NCBI GenBank assembly: GCA_046581755.1
Contig: JAYGFR010000110.1
Span: 1-14,470 of the forward strand
Source of the DNA: Nitrospinota bacterium
Lineage (GTDB): Bacteria; UBA8248
Length of the DNA: 14,470 bases
Direction: 5' to 3'
Position 1 is the stretch's first letter. The number at the start of each line of letters is the position of its first letter. Made by a program: the position numbers and the translations under genes. The notes beneath the pieces were generated by a model, which was given only the letters and a program-made list of their open reading frames with translations, ran no database searches and was not told the origin of the DNA. Of this stretch, positions 1-5,699 are shown one piece after another.

Positions 1-96
1 AACCAGCTCAAGTTCCCGGGGATGGCCGGTCCTCCGGCCAAGAAGAATACGCCCGAGGGCGACATTACGCGCAAGATCATGCGGCGCAAGAAGTAG
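1..96 (+). CDS. 3' end of a CDS entering from the left (…NQLKFPGMAGPPAKKNTPEGDITRKIMRRKK*), product unknown
   Basis: Frame +1 is open from base 1 to TAG at 94-96 with high-GC3 codon usage. It is followed by the hairpin at 126-158. Confidence 0.7.
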   Translation, partial: NQLKFPGMAGPPAKKNTPEGDITRKIMRRKK

Positions 97-114
97 GCTC
101 TCGAAACTCTTGCC

Positions 115-158
115 AAAAACAAAACCCGCCCCGCGTATTTAGCCGATGCGCGGGGCGG
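115..158 (-). terminator. Rho-independent terminator closing the minus-strand MerR operon (possibly also serving the convergent + gene)
   Basis: Inverted repeat CCGCCCCGCG (126-135) / CGCGGGGCGG (149-158). The A-rich tract at 115-124 gives a U-tail on the minus-strand transcript. Confidence 0.7.
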
Positions 159-184
159 CGGGGGAGCGGCGTGCGAAACCGGAA

Positions 185-580
185 TCAGGGACCGGATTTG
201 GCGCCGAAAATTCGCGAGCCGATGGCTCCGAGAAGCGCATCCCCCCGCTCGAAGTCGGGGATGATGCAGACATCGTTTTCCACGCCGATTTCGTGGATGG
301 AGGCGATTTCCCGCTTCTCGGCCCCCTCCTGGAGATGAATGGCGTTGTCAACGTCAATGGTGAATCCGAAATCTTTCGCGAGCCCTTCCAGGGCCGCCCA
401 TTTCTCCTGGTTCCAATCGATGGTGGAGGCCAGGCGAAATTTGAGTTTGCCTCATCAAAATCCTGCGAACCGGTAGTCGCCCCTGGAGATGGATTGGCGC
501 TTTTTCCGCGTCTTCTCGAAAAAATCGGCCTCCTGGCTGATCTCCTCCATGGCGCTCCGGGCTTCCTCGAACAGGCTCAA
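185..580 (-). CDS. Putative selenoprotein, 131 aa, with two adjacent in-frame TGA codons (residues 42-43): MSLFEEARSAMEEISQEADFFEKTRKKRQSISRGDYRFAGF-U-U-GKLKFRLASTIDWNQEKWAALEGLAKDFGFTIDVDNAIHLQEGAEKREIASIHEIGVENDVCIIPDFERGDALLGAIGSRIFGAKSGP*
   Basis: SD AGGAGG (594-589) lies 8 nt before TTG at 580. The same frame is protein-like on both sides of TGA TGA (457-452), and there is no in-frame restart right after them. A hairpin follows downstream. The stop at 187-185 precedes a terminator. The + ORF 146..703 is its codon-aligned antisense shadow. Confidence 0.7.
400..440 (-). promoter_or_regulatory. Candidate bacterial SECIS stem-loop
   Basis: The mRNA AUUUC-G-CCUGG-CC-UCCA-[CCAUCGAU]-UGGA-A-CCAGG-A-GAAAU can form 14 Watson-Crick pairs, beginning 11 nt after the second UGA. 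Folded by eye only. Confidence 0.45.
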
Positions 581-626
581 AAGGAATTCCTCCTATTTCG
601 CGTTCACGACGGGCCGGGACGCGCGA

Positions 627-755
627 TTAATGATCCTTCTTGTCTGCCGCCTGGGTGGAAGCGATTTTCTTGTCACCGGCGAGCTGGACCGTGGACGGGG
701 TGATGACTTTGACGCTCTTGAAATGAGGTCCCGCGCATCCGCAGAAGAAACACAT
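627..755 (-). CDS. 42-aa Cys-rich peptide MCFFCGCAGPHFKSVKVITPSTVQLAGDKKIASTQAADKKDH; putative metal-binding small protein
   Basis: Strong SD AAAGGAGG 6 nt before ATG at 755 and TAA at 629-627. It fills the gap between the MerR gene and the TGA-TGA gene and carries an N-terminal CxxCGC motif. Confidence 0.75.
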   Translation of the reverse strand: MCFFCGCAGPHFKSVKVITPSTVQLAGDKKIASTQAADKKDH

Positions 756-783
756 GTTATTCCTCCTTTCGCTGTTGGAAACG

Positions 784-1239
784 TTATTGGGGATTTTCCT
801 CCGTTCCACCGATGGGAATCAACCGGGGGAGGTCTCCCAGGCATGTGCAAACGCTATTATCGTGGTCGGAGTAGGGGCGCCGCCCCAATTGGTCAAGCTC
901 CTCCTCGAGACTCCGCCGAAGGTCCGCGAACAGTTCGATCTGTGCGCTCAACTCGCCGATGCGCTCCTTGAGGACATTCGTCAGGACAGGGCGCGTCATG
1001 GCGCACGATTCTCCCGGCCACAGGGAGACGATGTCGGCGATTCGGCGAAGGGAAATTCCCAACTCCTTGGCCCGGCGAATGAAGATGAGGCGCTGGATGT
1101 CGGCCTCCCCGTATTGGCGGTAGCCGTTCGCGGAGCGGGGCCGTTTGGGCAAAAGCCCTCTCCCCTCGTAGTAGCGGATTGCCCTGGGCGTCAGCCCCGT
1201 GGTTTTGGACACCATTCCGATCGGCATCGTCTCGTCCAT
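784..1239 (-). CDS. MerR-family transcriptional regulator (151 aa), probable metal sensor
   Basis: MerR HTH signature IGMVSKTTGLTPRAIRYYEGRGLL…RSANGYRQY…RLIFIRRAKELGISL, a coiled-coil helix, and Cys79, His126, Cys131, Cys133. SD GGAGGAG precedes ATG at 1239; the upstream ATG at 1263 lies inside the -10 box. Confidence 0.93.
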   Translation of the reverse strand: MDETMPIGMVSKTTGLTPRAIRYYEGRGLLPKRPRSANGYRQYGEADIQRLIFIRRAKELGISLRRIADIVSLWPGESCAMTRPVLTNVLKERIGELSAQIELFADLRRSLEEELDQLGRRPYSDHDNSVCTCLGDLPRLIPIGGTEENPQ

Positions 1240-1261
1240 GACGTTCTCCTCCACTTCCCCC

Positions 1262-1293
1262 ATTCTAAACCCTTCCCCATAGGGAAGAGTCAA
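1262..1293 (-). promoter_or_regulatory. MerR-type sigma70 promoter/operator: -35 TTGACT, 20-nt spacer, -10 TAGAAT, dyad ACTCTTCCC-TATG-GGGAAGGGT
   Basis: The minus strand reads TTGACTCTTCCCTATGGGGAAGGGTTTAGAAT. An over-long spacer with a 22-bp dyad overlapping the -35 is the hallmark of MerR-activated promoters, and this one lies directly upstream of the MerR gene. Confidence 0.88.
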
Positions 1294-1322
1294 GCGAATT
1301 TTGGAGGAATGGTGTGGAAAAT

Positions 1323-1656
1323 TCACCCGCCCTCTTCGTCCTCGCCCAACTTGTCCCGGAGGAATTTTCGGAAACGCCCGCCGGTTTCGGTGTCGAGAAA
1401 GATGAGAAACGCCCTCCCGCCAGAGGGAGGAGGGCGAGAATGAACCGCTTGGCCCGGAGGGCGGCGGCCAGATCCCGCCCGCTTGCCGGAATACGAAAGA
1501 GGCGGTCCCCATCAGGCGAAGTTCGAAATAGGTGGGTTGACCCGGCGAAATAGCGGGTGGTTTGCCGGGTGATGAGAGCAGAACGGCGAGCAACAAGACG
1601 CCGCCGAATGCGGAGAGGGCGAGTCCCGCCCGGGTGCGCCAGCCCGCTCCTTGCAT
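1323..1656 (-). pseudogene. Small two-TM membrane protein gene (~111 aa) with two apparent 1-nt deletions in G runs (pseudogene or sequencing error)
   Basis: ATG at 1656 with GAGG upstream. Restoring one G at ~1474-1476 and one at ~1412-1414 gives MQGAGWRTRAGLALSAFGGVLLLAVLLSS…FRQAGG/DLAAALRAKRFILALLPLAGG/AFLIFLDTETGGRFRKFLRDKLGEDEEGG* ending at TGA 1325-1323. Confidence 0.6.
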
Positions 1657-1663
1657 GATCGCC

Positions 1664-2470
1664 TCAGGCGGAAATATCCTCACCGCCGTCTACGCGGATG
1701 ACGTTGCCCGTCATCCAGCGAGTCCCTTCGGCGGCAAAAAGAGCGATGGCGTCGGCGACCATCCTGGGTGTGGTGAGCTCGCTATGGGGGTTGGCTTCCT
1801 TGGCTTTTTCGATCATATCCACGTTGCCAGGAATTTTCCGGAGCGCCGGGGTGTCGGTGACGCCCGCCTGGACGCAGTTGGCCGTGATGCCCCTTTGGGC
1901 GAGCTCGACCGCAAGCTGCCGGATGTGGCTTTCGAGGGCTGCCTTGGCAGCCGAGACCGCGCCATAGGCCGCCCAGACGCGGTGTCCGCCCGAACTGGTC
2001 ATGGCAAAGATGCGCCCACCTTCGCCCATGAGGCCGCCTCCGATAATTTCCTGGGACCAATAGACGAGGCTGTGGGCCATCACGCCGAGCGTCATGTCCA
2101 TCTGCTTGGGCGTGATGGTGTCCTCCGGATCGTCGGTGATGTAGGGCTTGAGGGTGCCGAAGGCGAGGCTGTGGAGCATGACGCGAATGGCGCCGTTAGC
2201 GCCGCCGCCGAGATGGCTCTTCATCTGCGAAACCACATCGGCGCGGGCGTCCTCCGCCGCCGCATTGACGTTGAAGAATACGGCCTCGGCGCCGTTGGCC
2301 CAGATGTCTTCCTGGATTTTCTCGGCGTTGGGCTGGGTGGCCTTCCGGTCCAGGTGCACACCGAAGATATTCATTCCCTCTTTCGACAGGCGGACGGCGA
2401 CCGTCCCGCCGAAGCCACTGCTCGATCCCAGAATGAGCGCCCATTTTCCCTTCAGTCCGGTATCCGCCAC
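1664..2470 (-). CDS. SDR-family oxidoreductase, FabL/FabI-like enoyl-ACP reductase
   Basis: Rossmann motif LILGSSSGFG, the enoyl-reductase-type YxxxxxxK (YGAVSAAK), GVTDTPAL and TGNVIRVDGG. GTG start with an AGGAG SD. Confidence 0.88.
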   Translation of the reverse strand: MADTGLKGKWALILGSSSGFGGTVAVRLSKEGMNIFGVHLDRKATQPNAEKIQEDIWANGAEAVFFNVNAAAEDARADVVSQMKSHLGGGANGAIRVMLHSLAFGTLKPYITDDPEDTITPKQMDMTLGVMAHSLVYWSQEIIGGGLMGEGGRIFAMTSSGGHRVWAAYGAVSAAKAALESHIRQLAVELAQRGITANCVQAGVTDTPALRKIPGNVDMIEKAKEANPHSELTTPRMVADAIALFAAEGTRWMTGNVIRVDGGEDISA

Positions 2471-2664
2471 GGAATAATTCTCCTCTCGGGGACAAAATTA
2501 CGAAAATATATTTTACGTTTATAACATACCGGGCGGCAGGAGGGAGCCTGCGGGGAGCCTCTATCGTCCGCCCGGTTTGCGGTGGCCCCGCCGTTTGGAT
2601 AACGTAAGCCATTCCGAAAAATTTCCCGAAAACCGTGTTCATTCTCCAGGAGGCAACCAGCGCG

Positions 2665-3651
2665 ATGCGAATCGATGTCCACAATCATTTCTACCCCCAA
2701 GCCTATCTGGACGAGGTAGCCCGCCTCGGTGGGGCGGTGCGGCTCGAGGAAGACAAGAGCGGCAGGCGGGTGTTTACCATACGGGGGGTGCCGGTCGTCC
2801 ATATTTCGCCTCCTCAGCTCGACCCCGAACTCCGCATCCGGGACATGGACGCCTGCGGGGTGGACATGCAGATGCTCTCCCTCACCATGCCCCATGTCTA
2901 CCTCTGGGAGCCCCGGGCCGGGCTGGCGCTCTCCCAGGCGGTGAACGACGCATTCGCCGAGATCGTCTCGCGCCACCCGGATCGATTCACGGCCGCCTGC
3001 GCCGTTCCGCTCCAGGACCCCCGCCTCGCCATCGAGGAGCTCGAGCGCGCGGTCGAAAAACTGGGATTCCGGGCGGTCTACGCGATTACGAACATCGACG
3101 GGAAGGGAATCCACGAGCACGATCTCTGGCCCTTTTATGAGCGGGTGGCTGAGCTGGGGATCCCGCTTTTTATCCACCCGTTCCTGCCGCCCGGGGCGGA
3201 CGAGATGCGCGATTTCTGGCTCCAGACCGTTCTCGGCGTCCTGTTCGAGAGCGCGCTGACGGCGGCGCGCTTCGCCTTTAGCGGCCTGCTCGATGCCGTA
3301 CCCGAATTAAAACTAGTGGTTCCCCATATCGGGGGCCTGATCCCCTATTCGCTGGGCCGCCTCGACAAGGGGTTTCGGACCCATGCTGCGTGCAGCGAAT
3401 TAATCAAAAAGCCCCCGAGCGAGTATTTGAAAAATATTTATATCGACTCGGTCGCTTTCGAGCGCGAGGCGCTTCAATTCGCCGTCGGGCGCTGGGGCGC
3501 TGGGCGAGTGATGCTCGGGAGCGATTACCCCCAGGCGATGGGAGAGCTGGACACCTGTGTCGCCGACGTGGAGGGGCTCGACCTGCCCGAAGCGGAAAAA
3601 GAGATGATCCGGGGCGGAAACGCCCAAAAGTTATTGGGGCTTCCCGCCTAG
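2665..3651 (+). CDS. Amidohydrolase_2 family protein (ACMSD/LigW-like metal-dependent decarboxylase/hydratase)
   Basis: N-terminal DVHNH, FIHP, PHIGGLIP and GSDYP motifs. SD AGGAGG precedes ATG at 2665. Confidence 0.92.
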   Translation: MRIDVHNHFYPQAYLDEVARLGGAVRLEEDKSGRRVFTIRGVPVVHISPPQLDPELRIRDMDACGVDMQMLSLTMPHVYLWEPRAGLALSQAVNDAFAEIVSRHPDRFTAACAVPLQDPRLAIEELERAVEKLGFRAVYAITNIDGKGIHEHDLWPFYERVAELGIPLFIHPFLPPGADEMRDFWLQTVLGVLFESALTAARFAFSGLLDAVPELKLVVPHIGGLIPYSLGRLDKGFRTHAACSELIKKPPSEYLKNIYIDSVAFEREALQFAVGRWGAGRVMLGSDYPQAMGELDTCVADVEGLDLPEAEKEMIRGGNAQKLLGLPA

Positions 3652-3773
3652 CTGTGGGTTTAACCGATTCGGGCGGAGGCGGGTCGGTGGCGATTCGGGT
3701 TGTGATCCCCGCCCTGGACGCTCCGCCCTGAATGAGGGTTCCTTTTCGGCACTGCCCGTGCCGTATTTCCTTT

Positions 3774-4808
3774 TTAATCCATCACGATTGCGGCGCGTCC
3801 GGTGATCAGTCCCGCTTCGAGGCGGGCATGAACCTTTTCGGCCTCCTCGAGTTTGTAGATTTCGGTGACAAAGGGCCATACCTCCCCGCGCGCCACGAGA
3901 TCGAGCGAGTCCCTGATCTCCTGTTTGGTAAACGAGCGGCTGCCCATGAGTTCAAGTTCCTTGGCGAGCATGGCTCCGGCCGAGACCCGGAAGGGCTCGG
4001 GTGTGTTGCCGCCCAGGGTGACCAGGCGGCCCCCCCGGCCGAGGGCTTCGGTGGCGGTCTCCAGGGTAGTGGGGGTGGAGACGAAATCGATCGCCACGTC
4101 GAGGCCGCGCCCCCCGGTGAACTCTGCCAGGGCCTCGGCGACGTTGTCCCTGGAGCCGTCGATGACGGCCTCGGCGCCCATCTCACGGCATTTGCCGAGT
4201 TTTTCGGGAACGATGTCCACCGCGACGACGCGGGCATGGGCCCAGCGGGCGAGCATGACCATATGAATTCCGACGCCGCCGCCCGCCCCGAATACGGCGA
4301 CCGTCTCCAGCGGGGCGATGCGCGCCCGGCGCACCACCTTGTAGGGGGTGACGATGGCGTCGCAGATGACGGCGGTCTCCGCCGGATGTGCCTTGTAGTC
4401 GAGGTTCTCGGGGATGGGGATGAAATTTCGGGCGGGCATTTTGATGTACTCGGCGTAGCCACCGTCCGCGTTTCGGCCGGTGAAGCCCGCCAGGTTCTCG
4501 CAAAGCGCCTCGCGGTCGATCCGGCACCAGTAGCAATGCCCGCAGGAAAGGTAGCAGTGCATGGTGACCGGATCGCCCTCCTTGAGGAGGGTTACGCCCT
4601 CGCCCACCGCCGAGATCTCGCCCAGCACCTCATGGCCGATGATGATGGGGTAGGTGACCGGAGCGCGCCCGGCGCGGGCATGGTGGATGGTGAGCCCGGA
4701 ACCGCAGGCCAAGACGCGGGCGACTGCCTCGCCCGGCCCGGGTACGGGATCGGGAACCTCTTCCAGCACGAAGGGGGCGCCTTTTTCGTGAAGAACCATT
4801 GCTTTCAT
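3774..4808 (-). CDS. Medium-chain (zinc-binding alcohol dehydrogenase family) oxidoreductase
   Basis: GHE motif, structural Zn motif CGHCYWCRIDREALC and Rossmann GAGGGVG. The first catalytic-Zn motif is altered (ACGSGLTIHH). Confidence 0.93.
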   Translation of the reverse strand: MKAMVLHEKGAPFVLEEVPDPVPGPGEAVARVLACGSGLTIHHARAGRAPVTYPIIIGHEVLGEISAVGEGVTLLKEGDPVTMHCYLSCGHCYWCRIDREALCENLAGFTGRNADGGYAEYIKMPARNFIPIPENLDYKAHPAETAVICDAIVTPYKVVRRARIAPLETVAVFGAGGGVGIHMVMLARWAHARVVAVDIVPEKLGKCREMGAEAVIDGSRDNVAEALAEFTGGRGLDVAIDFVSTPTTLETATEALGRGGRLVTLGGNTPEPFRVSAGAMLAKELELMGSRSFTKQEIRDSLDLVARGEVWPFVTEIYKLEEAEKVHARLEAGLITGRAAIVMD

Positions 4809-5563
4809 GGGATTTTCCTCTTGAATACGAATAAACGATGGGCGCTCCTGCGGGGCGCGCGCTCTCTCTGTCGAGAATTGTTTTTCACCAGCGGTCCGAT
4901 GGGATCGAGACGCACCCTCCGCCCTTGGACGAGCTTGAGGGTGACCTGCTTGCCGTCGGCCGAAAATGCCTTCCAGTGCTTCATCCCGAATATGGTCTGG
5001 CTACCCGTCAATGGATCGTGAAGGGGGAATTCGGCGAAAACCTTCCATCCCCCCTCCAGCGCCCCGAGGACGATTCCGTCCGTGCAGCAGGGAAACCATC
5101 TGTGCCAGGTGGAAAAATCCCGCCCGCCGGGGGCGGCCCGGAAAGAGTCCCAGTCACTGTAGGGATCGTCGAACACGAGGACGCGGGCGCCGTTCGGGTC
5201 TCCGGTCACCTTGATCCGCATGACGGCGGCCCCACCGTCGGTGTCGCTGGGCTTGTCGTGGACGATGAAGAGGGAAAACCCCTCCCGGGTGGTGACGAAA
5301 AATAGATGCGAGGTGTCCGCCTGAAGCCGGGGATGCGGGCCGTTGAACGAGTAGCGGGAAACCGCTTGGTAGGAGTAAAAATCGCTCGCCGCCTTTTCCT
5401 TCTCGTAGTAAGCATCGATGTGGCCCAGGACGTTCGCGTCAAAATCTCCGAGGCCGGGGCGGGACTCCTGGGCGACGCGGATGCGGACGGCGGCGGCGGG
5501 CGCGGGCGCGGCTTGAGGAATAACGGCCAAGATCAGGAGGATTGAGCAGGCGGTTTTTCCCAT
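4805..5563 (-). CDS. Hypothetical exported protein with signal peptide
   Basis: MGKTACSILLILAVIPQAAPAPAAA is signal-like and codon usage is coding-like. The stop overlaps the ADH start (ATGA). Alternative start at 5587. Confidence 0.75.
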   Translation of the reverse strand: MGKTACSILLILAVIPQAAPAPAAAVRIRVAQESRPGLGDFDANVLGHIDAYYEKEKAASDFYSYQAVSRYSFNGPHPRLQADTSHLFFVTTREGFSLFIVHDKPSDTDGGAAVMRIKVTGDPNGARVLVFDDPYSDWDSFRAAPGGRDFSTWHRWFPCCTDGIVLGALEGGWKVFAEFPLHDPLTGSQTIFGMKHWKAFSADGKQVTLKLVQGRRVRLDPIGPLVKNNSRQRERAPRRSAHRLFVFKRKIP

Positions 5564-5587
5564 CGGCTGGCCTTCTGCGAAACGCAT

Positions 5588-5609
5588 GAATAGGTTAGCA
5601 TACCTATTC
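5588..5609. promoter_or_regulatory. Perfect inverted repeat GAATAGGT-N6-ACCTATTC, candidate operator
   Basis: 8-bp AT-rich arms in the divergent intergenic region between the exported-protein/ADH unit and the M24 gene. Confidence 0.45.
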
Positions 5610-5699
5610 TAGCACAGGGGCGCTCCCGCGGCGGCGGGCGCCCCGCTACCGAAGCGCAACGAAAATCATTTCAATTCTTCATAAGGAGCGGTGTGAGCA

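Noticed and set aside
185..187. Read-through of the terminal TGA of the UU gene, or genome-wide TGA reassignment
   Set aside because: The sequence beyond runs into a terminator hairpin and is not protein-like. The SDR, moaB and aspC genes end at TGA at the expected lengths, and Trp is TGG.
139..357. 72-aa minus-strand ORF as the gene for this region
   Set aside because: Ser/Pro/Arg-rich off-frame translation overlapping the better frame 185..580.
146..703. 185-aa plus-strand ORF
   Set aside because: It is the codon-aligned antisense shadow of the TGA-TGA gene. It has no SD and starts inside the terminator hairpin.
784..1683. 299-aa MerR with N-terminal transmembrane extension
   Set aside because: The extension runs through a clear MerR promoter and SD. 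It is better explained by a frameshifted upstream gene.
2503..2514. Palindrome AAAATATATTTT upstream of the SDR gene
   Set aside because: Low-complexity AT sequence in a promoter region. It could be chance, and no family can be assigned.
3664..3730. Imperfect hairpin (GGGCGGAG…CTCCGCCC) with repeated CGATTCGGG between convergent genes
   Set aside because: It has no clean U-tail and only two short copies, which is insufficient for a REP, CRISPR or terminator call.
1562..5021. Long antisense ORFs (1562..2524 +, 2452..3177 -, 3732..5021 +) and similar ones elsewhere
   Set aside because: Typical high-GC shadow frames opposite genes with clear family motifs.
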